Shown here: in pieces, positions 30,248 through 39,899 of the stretch
Numbering within the stretch: the first letter of the stretch is position 1
How the letters are laid out: each line of letters starts with the position of its first letter
Assembly (NCBI GenBank): GCA_963835515.1
Contig: CAWIFX010000021.1
Coordinates: 4,951-68,950 of the forward strand
DNA length: 64,000 bases
From: an uncultured Acidimicrobiia bacterium
GTDB lineage: Bacteria; Actinomycetota; Acidimicrobiia; Spongiisociales; JAENVV01
Reading direction: 5' to 3'
Made by a program: the position numbers and the translations under genes
The notes under the pieces: model-generated
The model's input: only the letters and a program-made list of their open reading frames with translations
Told to the model about the DNA's origin: nothing
Database searches by the model: none

Positions 30248-30996
30248 CAGCTAGGACGGAACGACTCGTAACCGTCCGCTTCGAGACGTTCGGCCAACTC
30301 AGAACCGCCGGATACGAGGATGGCACCGTCCACGAATACGTGCACATGATGTGGTTTGACGAAGTCGAGAAGGCGTTGATAATGGGTGATGATGAGGAAC
30401 CCACGCTCGTCGCTCGTTAGCCGGTTCACCCCATCGGCGACGGTCTGAAGTGCGTCAATGTCGAGGCCGGAGTCTGTCTCGTCGAGCACGGCAACGTCGG
30501 GTTCGAGGATTGCCATCTGCAAAATTTCGTTGCGTTTCCGTTCCCCGCCAGAGAAACCTTCGTTCAAATACCGATCGGCGAAGCTGGCGTCCATGCCCAG
30601 ATCGCGCATGGCGTCCATAACTTTTAGTCGCAGTTCGAGCACCGTGTAGTCGATGCCGGTGCGATTGGTGAGCGCCTGGCGAAGGAACTGAACAACCGAA
30701 ACTCCCGGGATTGCTTCGGGATGTTGGAAAGCCATGAACATGCCAAGGTTTGCCCGGTCGTTTGGAGACAGCTCGGTTACGTTCGTGCCCTTGAACAGGA
30801 TCTTGCCGTCAGTGACCTTGTACGACGGATGTCCCATCAGGACTTTCGACAAGGTGGACTTTCCGGATCCGTTAGGCCCCATCAAAGCGTGAACTTCGCC
30901 GGCTCGGACGGTGAGATTCACGCCCTTGAGGATCGGGGTTTCGTCTACGGATGCATGCAGGTTTTCGATAGTGAGGAGGTCGGACATGAGGGGCAA
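30247..30996 (-). CDS. sufC: Fe-S cluster assembly ATPase SufC (copy 2)
   Basis: GPNGSGKST, FSGGERKRNEILQMAIL, VLDETDSGLDID and IITHYQRLL. Its stop overlaps the sufS start. Confidence 0.92.
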   Translation of the reverse strand: MPLMSDLLTIENLHASVDETPILKGVNLTVRAGEVHALMGPNGSGKSTLSKVLMGHPSYKVTDGKILFKGTNVTELSPNDRANLGMFMAFQHPEAIPGVSVVQFLRQALTNRTGIDYTVLELRLKVMDAMRDLGMDASFADRYLNEGFSGGERKRNEILQMAILEPDVAVLDETDSGLDIDALQTVADGVNRLTSDERGFLIITHYQRLLDFVKPHHVHVFVDGAILVSGGSELAERLEADGYESFRPS

Positions 30997-31023
30997 TGGT
31001 AGTCGCTGCGTGAGCTTGCTCGT

Positions 31024-31947
31024 TCAGCGGGGGATTGCCGCGAAGGCCTCTTCCAGGACCGTCGGGCTCGGGACCTCGACGAACTGGACGTAGTAGCGGC
31101 TCACTCCAACTGCTTCGTAGGCGGCCAGCGTTTCGGCGACCTGCTCAGGAGTACCTGCCGGTACAAAGGCCTTCCGCCACCGTTCTTCGAGTTCGGCGAC
31201 GTCCATATCACGATGGCGTGCGCGCTCGTTCAGGACCGCTTCGTATTCGGCCCGGGTTGCCCGGGCTGTAATCGGTCCCATCACGGACACGCGAATACTG
31301 TCCGGGTCGCGACCCGCCCGCTCGGCCGAAGCACGGACGATCTCGACGCGGGCTCCAATCGAGGCTGGATCCGATACAAACACGTTGTATTCGTCGGCGT
31401 ACTTGCCGGCGAGTTCCGGGGTTTTCTTGGGTCCGGAACCGCCAATGATGATGGGCAATCGGCCGGTCTTCTTGGGTTCGACGTCTGCGTCTAGGTGGTA
31501 GTAGGTGCCCTCGAATCTTCCGTTACCAAAGCAAGCTCGTAGGTAGCCGAGGCCTTCTTCGAGGCGAGCGAACCGCTCCGCCCAGGGGGGAAACGGCAGA
31601 CCGAACGCCGTATGCTCCTCTTCGTTCCAGCCAGTACCCACCCCGAGGGCTAGGCGTCCGCCTGACATTTGATCGATCGTCGTGGCGTTCTTTACGACTA
31701 CGGCGGGGTGTCGAAAGGTGAACGGAGCGACCAGCACCGTTAGCTCGATCGAATCGGTCTCCCGGGCCAATCCCGCCAGGGTGGCGAAGGCGTCAGTAGC
31801 TGCTGGTTTGGGATCCCGGCTCCAGCCGTAATAGTGGTCCGATCGTGCGAAAGCCACCAGACCGGAGTGTTCGGCCCAGCGTGCTGCCGAGAGAAGGTCC
31901 TCGTAGGTTCCGCCGACCTGGGGCTCGGTCATTAGGGCAAACTCCAT
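31024..31947 (-). CDS. LLM-class (luciferase-like) flavin/F420-dependent oxidoreductase
   Basis: MEFALMTEPQVGGTYEDLL... is typical of LLM F420-dependent enzymes. The ATG at 31947 follows the upstream gene's stop; the longer ORF to 32589 is an out-of-frame overlap with the ACAD gene. Confidence 0.8.
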   Translation of the reverse strand: MEFALMTEPQVGGTYEDLLSAARWAEHSGLVAFARSDHYYGWSRDPKPAATDAFATLAGLARETDSIELTVLVAPFTFRHPAVVVKNATTIDQMSGGRLALGVGTGWNEEEHTAFGLPFPPWAERFARLEEGLGYLRACFGNGRFEGTYYHLDADVEPKKTGRLPIIIGGSGPKKTPELAGKYADEYNVFVSDPASIGARVEIVRASAERAGRDPDSIRVSVMGPITARATRAEYEAVLNERARHRDMDVAELEERWRKAFVPAGTPEQVAETLAAYEAVGVSRYYVQFVEVPSPTVLEEAFAAIPR

Positions 31948-31949
31948 GG

Positions 31950-33164
31950 CTATCGAGGCTCCTTGGGTAAGCCGAGGATCATTTCGCCGGCGATGTTTCG
32001 TTGGATTTCTGAGGTCCCCGCATAGATGGTTCCGGCCCGTGCGTTCAGGAAGACGTTCTGCCATGAGGCCGTCGAGTTGGCCGCTCCCGGATCGTCCGTG
32101 GCGAAAGCGCTCGCTGGGGCTCTGCCGACCGGAACCAAGCCCGGGGTGCCCATGATGTCCATGGCTAGCTCCGTGACTTCCCGGTGATACTCCGACCAGA
32201 AGATCTTGGTGAGCGCCGCATCCGGGCCGGGTGCGATGTTGTTTTCGAAATTGGTCAGCGCCCGGTATCCCGAATAGCGCATGATTTCGACTTTCGAGTA
32301 ACAGGCGGCGAGACGGTCGCGGATGAGTGGATCTGATAGTTTGCCGAGTTCTTTGGCGTAGCTCAGGAGCCTGTTCAGTTCGTCTCGGAAGGCAATCGGG
32401 GCTACCGCGGCCGTCTTTCCCCGCTCGAATCCGAGCAGCGCCATGGCAACCCGCCAGCCGTCGTTGGGTGCGCCGACGACATGGTCGCGCGGGACCCGGG
32501 CGTCGGAGAAGAAGACCTCGTTGAATTCCGACGCACCCGAGATCATGTCGATCGGCCGGACTTCCACCCCGGCTTGGTCCATCGGGCACAGGATGAACGT
32601 GATGCCCCGGTGTTTAGGGGCTTCGGGGTCCGTTCGACACAGTACAAATATCCAGTTGGCTACGTGTCCGGCCGAGGTCCAGATCTTCTGCCCGTTGAGA
32701 ATCCATTCATCGCCGTCGAGAGTCGCTTTGGTGCTGACCGCGCCCAGATCCGATCCGGCGTTCGGCTCCGAGTAGCCCTGACACCAGCGATCTTCTCCAG
32801 ACAAGATTCGGGGGAGAAAGTGCTCCCTTTGCTCCTCGGTTCCCAATCGCAGGAGGGTGTTGCCGAGCATGCCGATCCCGAAGGTATCGGTTGGGCCTCC
32901 GGTGGGGACGCCGGCGCGGGCAAACTCCTCGGCAACCACGACCTCATCCATCTCGCTCAACCCGGCACCCCCGTATTTTTCTGGCCAGGTGACCGCCAGC
33001 CAGCCATGTTTCGACAGGGTGGCTCGCCAGTCTTCGACGAAGGCTTCGTAAGCGACGCCTTCAAGGGCCCCGGAGCCCTTCCAGTCGGATGGCAGTTGGT
33101 CGGCCAGGAAGTCGCGCACCCGCCGGCGGGTGTCTTCGGTATGAGCTGGGTAAACAAAATCCAC
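31950..33164 (-). CDS. Acyl-CoA dehydrogenase
   Basis: GYSEPNAGSDLGAVSTKA and the C-terminal GTSEIQRNIIG-like motif (GTSEIQRNIAGEMILG). Confidence 0.88.
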   Translation of the reverse strand: MDFVYPAHTEDTRRRVRDFLADQLPSDWKGSGALEGVAYEAFVEDWRATLSKHGWLAVTWPEKYGGAGLSEMDEVVVAEEFARAGVPTGGPTDTFGIGMLGNTLLRLGTEEQREHFLPRILSGEDRWCQGYSEPNAGSDLGAVSTKATLDGDEWILNGQKIWTSAGHVANWIFVLCRTDPEAPKHRGITFILCPMDQAGVEVRPIDMISGASEFNEVFFSDARVPRDHVVGAPNDGWRVAMALLGFERGKTAAVAPIAFRDELNRLLSYAKELGKLSDPLIRDRLAACYSKVEIMRYSGYRALTNFENNIAPGPDAALTKIFWSEYHREVTELAMDIMGTPGLVPVGRAPASAFATDDPGAANSTASWQNVFLNARAGTIYAGTSEIQRNIAGEMILGLPKEPR

Positions 33165-33203
33165 AGGTTCCTCCTGGTGGCTTAGGCTAGCGACCAGCCG
33201 AAG

Positions 33204-33986
33204 GTGTCTGGAGGGGCTGTGGAACCGCTATTCGAAGTACGTGGCAAACGAGTGCTCATTACCGGAGGGTCGCGGGGAATCGGCCTCATGATGGCAACCG
33301 GATTCGTCGAGGCGGGAGCGTCGGTGCTTATCGCCAGCCGCAAGGAATCCGTCTGTCATGAAGTCGCCGAACGCCTGTCGGCATCTGGCGACTGTACGGG
33401 GGTCGGTGCCGACTTGTCGGCTGAGACGGGCGTAAAAGCGCTCTCGGACAAGGTCGCGGAAATGTGGGACGGTCACCTCGATGTGCTCGTGAACAACGCC
33501 GGGGCGGTATGGGCAGAACCGCTCGAAACGTTCTCTGAGGCAGGGTGGGACAAAGTGCTCGACATCAATGTGAAGAGTCTGTTTTTCTTGACACAGCGAA
33601 CGATGCCGTTCCTTCGAGCGGCGGCGACGCAGGCGGATCCGGCCCGAGTAATCAACATCGCGTCGGTCGACGGGATCCGGCCGCCGCAGGTAGAGACGTA
33701 TTCGTATTCGGCGAGCAAGGCCGCCGTGATCCACCTGACGAGACATCTTGCCAAGCGGCTCGTTGGCGACTTCATCAACGTCAATGCGATCGCACCAGGA
33801 CTGTTCCCTTCAAAGATGACCGAGTCGATCATGGCCGATGATGCAGTACTAGGAACCATTCCTCAGCGGCGCGCCGGAACTGCCGAGGACATCGCCGGGA
33901 CGGCGATCTTTCTTGCGTCCAGGGCCTCCCGCTATGTCACGGGCCAGGTCGTCGCCGTCGATGGCGGAATTACCGGACTCGGCTAG
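33204..33986 (+). CDS. SDR family oxidoreductase
   Basis: TGGSRGIG cofactor loop, NNAG, and the YSASKAA catalytic Tyr/Lys. Confidence 0.88.
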   Translation: MSGGAVEPLFEVRGKRVLITGGSRGIGLMMATGFVEAGASVLIASRKESVCHEVAERLSASGDCTGVGADLSAETGVKALSDKVAEMWDGHLDVLVNNAGAVWAEPLETFSEAGWDKVLDINVKSLFFLTQRTMPFLRAAATQADPARVINIASVDGIRPPQVETYSYSASKAAVIHLTRHLAKRLVGDFINVNAIAPGLFPSKMTESIMADDAVLGTIPQRRAGTAEDIAGTAIFLASRASRYVTGQVVAVDGGITGLG

Positions 33987-34327
33987 GCAGGCGAGGCCGG
34001 GGTCCGTGGTCCAACCCGCACCGCCGTACCTGAGGCGGTCACCATGAGCATGGAGCCATTGGCTCCGATCGTCTCGTAGTCAAGGTCGACGCCGACGATT
34101 GCGTTGGCCCCTTTGGAAGTTGCCTCGCTGGACATTTCATCGATCGCCAGGTCTTTAGCCCGGATGAGTTCACGTTCGTAGTTGGCGGACCGACCCCCGA
34201 TAACGTCCGTGATCCCGGCAAAGAAGTCCTTAAAAACATTCGCTCCCAGGATGGCCGCACCGGTGACGAGCCCCAGATATTCCTCGATCTGATGCGTCTC
34301 GACGTTGGGGGTTGTGGTGATGATCAA
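33983..34327 (-). CDS. ybjQ: YbjQ (UPF0145) family protein
   Basis: IITTTPN...[29 protein letters not shown]...[13 protein letters not shown] is typical of YbjQ. The TTG at 34327 overlaps the upstream stop (TTGA); the ATG at 34366 is an alternative. Confidence 0.8.
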   Translation of the reverse strand: MIITTTPNVETHQIEEYLGLVTGAAILGANVFKDFFAGITDVIGGRSANYERELIRAKDLAIDEMSSEATSKGANAIVGVDLDYETIGANGSMLMVTASGTAVRVGPRTPASPA

Positions 34328-35262
34328 TCGGATGTGCCGATCGAAACATGGTTGCACGTCGAACAAACACGGCGGACCATCACCCCGCTCGAACTCACCT
34401 CGTAATCGTGGACATGTTCGGCGCGCGACTGGCGCACTCGTTCGAGGATCCGGAGACCGCCTTTGGCTTCTGACTTGGCGGCGTGGGCAGGATGATGGCC
34501 GTTGGTTGCCGGTGTTAGCGGGGCTTTGGCTGCCTTCTTTGCGTCATCGGCCGCGCGTAGATCGATAACGAGTTCACCGTTGGTTGGGGTGTTCGGGGGC
34601 GTGGTGGCCGCGGTGGTTGGTCCGGGGAACGGATCGGCGGACGCGACCGGCTCTGGCACGCCAGCCTGTTCTTCTGGCTGCGCTAGTGGCGGAACGGATG
34701 CGGTTTGGGTTGACGCAGCGGGTGCCGTGGCCACCGGCGTCACCTTCTTGATCTCGGGAACTACGTCGGCGGTTTGTGCCTCGGCGGCCTGCGGCCCCGC
34801 CAGCCTGGCGGCGGGCTTTTTGGCTGCGGGTTTCTCGGCCTTCACCTTGGCAACTTTGGGAGCCTTGACCTTGGTCGGACGCTCGACAGCTGCGGGAGCC
34901 GGGGTTTTGGCAGCGGGGGAGGCGATCCGGGTAGACCCACTGCCGGTTGAGTCCTTGGTGGCTTTCTTGGTTTTCCGGCGGGCACGGAAACCTTTGGTTG
35001 CGGCCTCTTGCGCCTTGGCTAAACCGGGCACGGCACCGTAGGCGAAGTCGAGTCGACTATCGGGGACGAATCGTACGCTGTCACCGTTCAGGCTGAACTC
35101 GTACTCGTTGACGCCGATTTCTGAAAGCGTGATGAGCGACACATGCCATCCCGCCCATTCGTCACCGGCCACTTCAAGCGAGAAGCGGTCCTCGTCCAGC
35201 ACAAACACGGCGATTATTCCGTCCGCATTGTCCGGTGCGAAAAGCGTTCCCCGATGTCTCAT
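34324..35262 (-). CDS. Hypothetical protein: unrecognised N-terminal domain, Lys/Ala/Pro-rich tract, C-terminal HxH...CxxC element
   Basis: 312-aa ORF. ATGA overlap with the upstream gene and TTGA overlap with ybjQ. Its N-terminal ~90 aa resemble those of the upstream gene product. Confidence 0.6.
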   Translation of the reverse strand: MRHRGTLFAPDNADGIIAVFVLDEDRFSLEVAGDEWAGWHVSLITLSEIGVNEYEFSLNGDSVRFVPDSRLDFAYGAVPGLAKAQEAATKGFRARRKTKKATKDSTGSGSTRIASPAAKTPAPAAVERPTKVKAPKVAKVKAEKPAAKKPAARLAGPQAAEAQTADVVPEIKKVTPVATAPAASTQTASVPPLAQPEEQAGVPEPVASADPFPGPTTAATTPPNTPTNGELVIDLRAADDAKKAAKAPLTPATNGHHPAHAAKSEAKGGLRILERVRQSRAEHVHDYEVSSSGVMVRRVCSTCNHVSIGTSD

Positions 35263-36431
35263 TCCTGGTCCTCGATTACGTCGTCGCCCAACCTGCCGCC
35301 GTCATCAAGCTTATCGGCGAAGGAGATTAAAGCCTTAGCGCCACCCCCCGATACTTCCACGGCCAAACACATTGCTCGAACTACATCGGCGATTGCGCGA
35401 CCTCGATCGGGCTCCATTCGCCCTTCCTGGAGGTCGTGGATGGCCGAGTCGAGCCTTGCCAGCAGCCCGGCGAGGTCAGGTATGACGGGTACGTCCGGCC
35501 GTTCGTGGGGCAGCCGTGGGTTGGCTGGTTTCGATGGCACCGGCACGCTGGTCAGCCCGGGTCCGGTCTCCACAGCAGGCTGTTGGGTGGCAGGAGGTTG
35601 GACGCCGATCGGAATCGGCGACGGACGGGCAGGCTCGGTGTTCATCTGGATGGTTGGTCGCTCGATCGGCTGCGGCCCCCGGAGAGGTGCAGGGGGGGTC
35701 GTCGTGGGCCGCTCGGCTGGTGCCGAGAGGTCGGTCGCCAGCGGTCCGCGAACGGGTTCCTCACGGTCAAGCTGAGCGTTGGCATCGGTCATATCGGCCC
35801 GGGGAGGTTCATATTTCAGTGCGCCGGATTGCGCCATCGCCATCGATCCGGTGGCGGTCGGTTGATGGACCACTGGCGGTGCGGGAGCCGGGGGGAGGGC
35901 GTCGTCGGCTGGCCGGTCTGCTGGTTCGATCCGATTCGTGGGCAGAGGCTCCTCCGGTCGCTCAGGCGCATCTCGCTGTGAAGAGGCGGCTGCGTCGAGC
36001 GGACCGACCGGCTGGTCGGGCTGAGTGTCCGGACTCGGCGCGGTTGGTGTCATTCCGAGTTGGGTCGCGAAGTCCGTCGGTTTAAGGCCCCACTTCTTGA
36101 TCTTGGAGAGCAGACCGGCTGGTTCGATCGATATCTCTGGTTCGTTGAAATACGGCAGGCCCCGGGAGGCGAAAAGGGGGCCATTCTCGGGCGTGAAGAT
36201 GAGGGTTTCATTACCAAGCGTCAGGTCGTACCTGCCCCGGGAGATCTCGACCGCCTTGGCTTCGGGACGGTTCCAGGTGCCGAGCTTCTCGTCGCCGGTG
36301 GCCAGTGACAGGGAGTCAGATTCCATGGTTAGCGTGACGACGAGACGCGACTCAGGGTCGCTTGATAGCTCTAGTTCACCATGAAACAGCACCCCGACAT
36401 CCCCCTCCGGTTCTCCGCTGTGGGTGGCCAT
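35259..36431 (-). CDS. Hypothetical protein: unrecognised N-terminal domain, long Pro-rich region, helical acidic C-terminus
   Basis: 390-aa ORF starting 34 nt after the GGDEF/EAL gene stop. GC3-rich frame. Paralogous N-terminal domain to the 34324..35262 product. Confidence 0.6.
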   Translation of the reverse strand: MATHSGEPEGDVGVLFHGELELSSDPESRLVVTLTMESDSLSLATGDEKLGTWNRPEAKAVEISRGRYDLTLGNETLIFTPENGPLFASRGLPYFNEPEISIEPAGLLSKIKKWGLKPTDFATQLGMTPTAPSPDTQPDQPVGPLDAAASSQRDAPERPEEPLPTNRIEPADRPADDALPPAPAPPVVHQPTATGSMAMAQSGALKYEPPRADMTDANAQLDREEPVRGPLATDLSAPAERPTTTPPAPLRGPQPIERPTIQMNTEPARPSPIPIGVQPPATQQPAVETGPGLTSVPVPSKPANPRLPHERPDVPVIPDLAGLLARLDSAIHDLQEGRMEPDRGRAIADVVRAMCLAVEVSGGGAKALISFADKLDDGGRLGDDVIEDQE

Positions 36432-36465
36432 AATCTCGCGCCACCCCTCTTCTTGTCAAGCAGGG

Positions 36466-39033
36466 TTACCCAACGATACGCAGGTGAGTCGGCCCATGCA
36501 TCATGGTACCCCCGGTCAGGTTGTCACCTAAGAGTTCTTCTACGTCATCGCCCGAGAGCGGTGGCGACAGGAGATAACCCTGTCCCTTGGCGCATCCAAG
36601 CTGCTGCAGGCGACGTAGTTGATGGGCAGTTTCGATGCCCTCAACCACCGTATCGATCCCCAGCGCGTCACCTAACTGGAGCACGGTTCGCACCAGGGGC
36701 GATTCCTCGTCGGGATTGAGTCGGTCTGTGAAGCTCTTGTCAATCTTGATGATGTCAATCGGAAGCCGATCAAGGTAGGCAAGCGACGAGTACCCGGTGC
36801 CAAAGTCGTCAATCGCCAGTCGAACGCCAAGGTCGCGGATGTCGTCAAGGAGACTGACGGTGGTCTGCATGACCACATTCTCGGTGATCTCGATGATGAG
36901 TCGGCGCGGCTCGAGTCCGTGCTTGGTGATCGTGTCTCGGATGAGTGCCGCCATGTCGACCTCGGCTAGCTGACGAGGGGAGAGGTTGACCGCCATGGTT
37001 AGGAACTGCTTGGGGCGAGCCTTTTGCCACTCGACAGCCTTGATTACGGCCTGTTCGAGCACAAAGGCGCCGATGGCTACGATCAAGCCGCTTTCCTCTG
37101 CGAACGGAATGAACTGGGCAGGCGGCACGATCCCGCGGGTCGGATGCTGCCATCGCACCAGGGCTTCGACTCCGGTCACGGTACCGGTGGCGAGGTCGAC
37201 GATCGGCTGGTATCGCAACACGAGCTCGTCGCGCGCGACCGCTTCGGTTAGGTCGGCTTTCAGCTCGAGACGGCGAATCATCTCGGCGTGCATGGCATCC
37301 TCGAATACGCGGTAGGTGCCCTTGCGGGTCTGCTTGGCGGCGTACATCGCGGCGTCGGCGTTGCGCATGATCTGGTCTGGACGGTCGCTGCCACCCCCGA
37401 ACGCAATCCCGATAGAGGTGTGGACCTTGAGTTCCTTCCCTTCCAGATTAAAAGGGATCGTCATGCCCGCCATGATCCGCTCAGCCACGTCCGTTGCGCC
37501 GGTTGGGGTTGCCAGATCTTCCAACAGAATCGCGAACTCATCGCCTCCCAGCCGGGCTACGACGTCTTCGGGCCGGGTGAACGAGCGAAGCCGGTTGGCC
37601 ACCTGGACCAGAAGGTCGTCACCGGCTGCGTGACCGAGTGAGTCATTGACCGTCTTGAAGTCGTCGAGGTCAAGGAACATGACGGCAATAAACCGATCGT
37701 CTTTGGCGCACCGATCCAGCGCCGAGTCGACGCGCTCTGAGAAGAGTGTCCGGTTGGCAAGTTTGGTGAGCGAATCGTGGAGAGCCTGGTGGCGGAGCTC
37801 TTCTTTGAGGTCGGTGAGTTGGGCAAGCGAGTCTTCGAGTCGGCCATTCTCGAGGGACACTGAAACCTGGCTTGCGAAAGTCTCCAACAGCCGAACGTCG
37901 CTTTCCTCGAATTGAGAAACGTCGTTGAGACGGTTGGCCACGATAATCACCCCGAAGGTTCCGTGATCACCCGAGAGGGGTGCGGCGACGCCATCTTCCA
38001 TCTGCCAGCCATCACGTATGAACGCGGTGGGGTCCTTGATCAACATGGCCCCAGGGCTGTCGGCTATCGAGTGAAAGTGCGATTCCTCAGAACCGAGATC
38101 GAACGGTTCCATCACGACCCGCCGGTCATCCGGGCCGACTGCCGTGAGGTAGGCGGACTTTCCTTCCTCTGGCAGCAAAATAATCTCAACGACCTCGGCC
38201 TCAAACATATCCTGGGCGTAAAGCGCGGCCGATTCGAGGGCTGACTCGATCTGTGGTGACTCGTGGAGAACCCGGGTCGCTTGATACAGCGATTCGAGGC
38301 GCGAACGCTCAAGGCGCTGGGAGATGTAGGCCCGGTAGGCGAAGAAGAGGACGACCGGTGGCACCATGGCCAGCCAGGCTGCATTTGAACCGCCACTCCA
38401 GAAGATGGTGATACCCACGAGCGCCAACGCGGTGTTCATCAATCCGGCCAGTGCCGTCAAATAGAGAACCTCGAGCTGTTCTCGCCGATCGATGGCTCCT
38501 CCCGACAGGTGGATGGCACCGTTGATGAGCAAGTTCGCAAGGATGACCGTGACCTGGGTGGCGATGATGGCCGCAAACCAGCCCGCCAGTCCGAGTGGGT
38601 CGCCGAGTTGAGCGATCGACCGGAAGACCACGACGGCGAGGAGCATGGCGAATGTCATCTGAGCCAGATTGAAGGCCAGCTTCATCATCGGCTGGCGACG
38701 GTTGATTATCAGAGCGAGCGCAAAGCCGATCTGGGCGACGATCAGCTCCCAGGGAGCGCTGGCGAAGAGGCCGAGGACCAGCGTGACTTCGGACATCGAG
38801 AATGAATGAGCGTGACGGTGGAAGCGAAGGTGAACGACGGTTAGTTCGGCGATGTACACGAGGGGCATCAAGACATACCAGGGGATGGCCTGCTTGTCGG
38901 GGACCAGCGTCTCAAGTTCGATGATCTGCGACGCCATGGCCGCAGCCGCCAGGCCGATCGTTATCGTGAGAATCCAGACCTGTTCCTGGCCAGAACGCCC
39001 TTTTCTCCTTGGTTTGTTCGTGGCGAGGTTCAT
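36466..39033 (-). CDS. Membrane-bound GAF-GGDEF-EAL protein (diguanylate cyclase/phosphodiesterase)
   Basis: About 7-8 N-terminal TM helices and a GAF-like region. Intact RLGGDEFAIL, EALVRWQHP and DDFGTGYSSL motifs. Confidence 0.9.
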   Translation of the reverse strand: MNLATNKPRRKGRSGQEQVWILTITIGLAAAAMASQIIELETLVPDKQAIPWYVLMPLVYIAELTVVHLRFHRHAHSFSMSEVTLVLGLFASAPWELIVAQIGFALALIINRRQPMMKLAFNLAQMTFAMLLAVVVFRSIAQLGDPLGLAGWFAAIIATQVTVILANLLINGAIHLSGGAIDRREQLEVLYLTALAGLMNTALALVGITIFWSGGSNAAWLAMVPPVVLFFAYRAYISQRLERSRLESLYQATRVLHESPQIESALESAALYAQDMFEAEVVEIILLPEEGKSAYLTAVGPDDRRVVMEPFDLGSEESHFHSIADSPGAMLIKDPTAFIRDGWQMEDGVAAPLSGDHGTFGVIIVANRLNDVSQFEESDVRLLETFASQVSVSLENGRLEDSLAQLTDLKEELRHQALHDSLTKLANRTLFSERVDSALDRCAKDDRFIAVMFLDLDDFKTVNDSLGHAAGDDLLVQVANRLRSFTRPEDVVARLGGDEFAILLEDLATPTGATDVAERIMAGMTIPFNLEGKELKVHTSIGIAFGGGSDRPDQIMRNADAAMYAAKQTRKGTYRVFEDAMHAEMIRRLELKADLTEAVARDELVLRYQPIVDLATGTVTGVEALVRWQHPTRGIVPPAQFIPFAEESGLIVAIGAFVLEQAVIKAVEWQKARPKQFLTMAVNLSPRQLAEVDMAALIRDTITKHGLEPRRLIIEITENVVMQTTVSLLDDIRDLGVRLAIDDFGTGYSSLAYLDRLPIDIIKIDKSFTDRLNPDEESPLVRTVLQLGDALGIDTVVEGIETAHQLRRLQQLGCAKGQGYLLSPPLSGDDVEELLGDNLTGGTMMHGPTHLRIVG

Positions 39034-39169
39034 CTACATGCTTCGATCGATCGTATAAGGACTTATCGGTCCAAAAACCCGGCGGCATAAGGTCATTCCG
39101 ATACTTCCGGGCTAACTAGTTAGTACCGATGAATCGGGTTCAAGGCGCCTCGGGAGCGAGTCGGCCTGG

Positions 39170-39819
39170 CTAGTTGTACATCTGTGAAAACGTCGACATG
39201 ATCTCTTCCCGAAATCCTGTGACCTTTTTCGACGGCAACGAGGGCTGAGGATCGTTCGGGTCGGGCTCGGCGTCGATCGGCTCGGGGTCGGTTATCACCG
39301 GGGCCGTGTCAGTATCGATGAGGGGCTCACGCTCGTCTGGCGCGACGCCCTCAATGTCGTCTTCGGCGTAGAGCCGGACAGGGGGCCGGGATCTATCGTG
39401 ATCGTCGTCTTCGATCAACTCGTCTTCGATCAACTCGTCTTCGATCAACTCGTCTTCGAATCGAACTCGTCTTCAAAGAAGTCGGCAGATCCGTCGGACA
39501 GGTCGGCGGATGGGCCGTCGATTGGACCGTTGGGGGCGATCGGCGGTTCGCCTCTGGCGTGCTCTGGTGAAGCATCATCGGAGGTACCGGAGCTACCGGA
39601 GCTAGCGGGGTCGCCGGGACCAGCATCGACTTCGGCATCGTCGTCTTCGTCGTCGGCGAAGATCGCTGATAGCCAGGAGAGGTCATCGTCGCCGGAGGAA
39701 CCCGTCAGCTGTGCTTCGATTGGACCCGGGGCGCGCTTGGACTCGACCCCTTCGGCGAGTTGCGGGGCCGACTGCTTGAGGGATGGGAATTCTATTTCGA
39801 TGCTGTCATCCGCTGACAA
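39170..39819 (-). CDS. Highly acidic, low-complexity protein; two ORF fragments (39445..39819, 39170..39448) probably forming one gene split by a 1-nt indel in a tandem repeat
   Basis: TTG start with AGGAGG 8 nt upstream. Fragment 1 ends ..FFEDEFDSKTS*. The other frame continues FEDELIEDELIEDELIEDDD.. to a C-terminal KKVTGFREEIMSTFSQMYN. Confidence 0.45.
39404..39474. repeat. 15-nt tandem repeat (GTCTTCGATCAACTC x3 plus a degenerate 17-nt unit), coding (EDELI)n on the minus strand
   Basis: Read directly: three perfect units at 39407-39451, flanked by partial or degenerate units. Confidence 0.85.
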
Positions 39820-39899
39820 GCCCCAGGCCTCCTGATCACTCCTTTTTCATCGTCGGAATGAGGGGTCGCCTTGAGCTGTTCGGCAGTTGCCGGCGACGA

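Noticed and set aside
31948-32589. N-terminal 214-aa extension of the LLM oxidoreductase ORF (ORF 31024..32589)
   Set aside because: The extension overlaps the acyl-CoA dehydrogenase gene out of frame and is Arg/Gly/Pro-rich. The LLM homology begins exactly at the ATG at 31947, right after the ACAD stop.
39455-39463. Programmed ribosomal frameshift in the acidic repeat gene
   Set aside because: I saw no slippery heptamer or downstream structure. The break coincides with a degenerate repeat unit, and seven other genes in the window show similar single-base breaks, so an indel is the simpler explanation.
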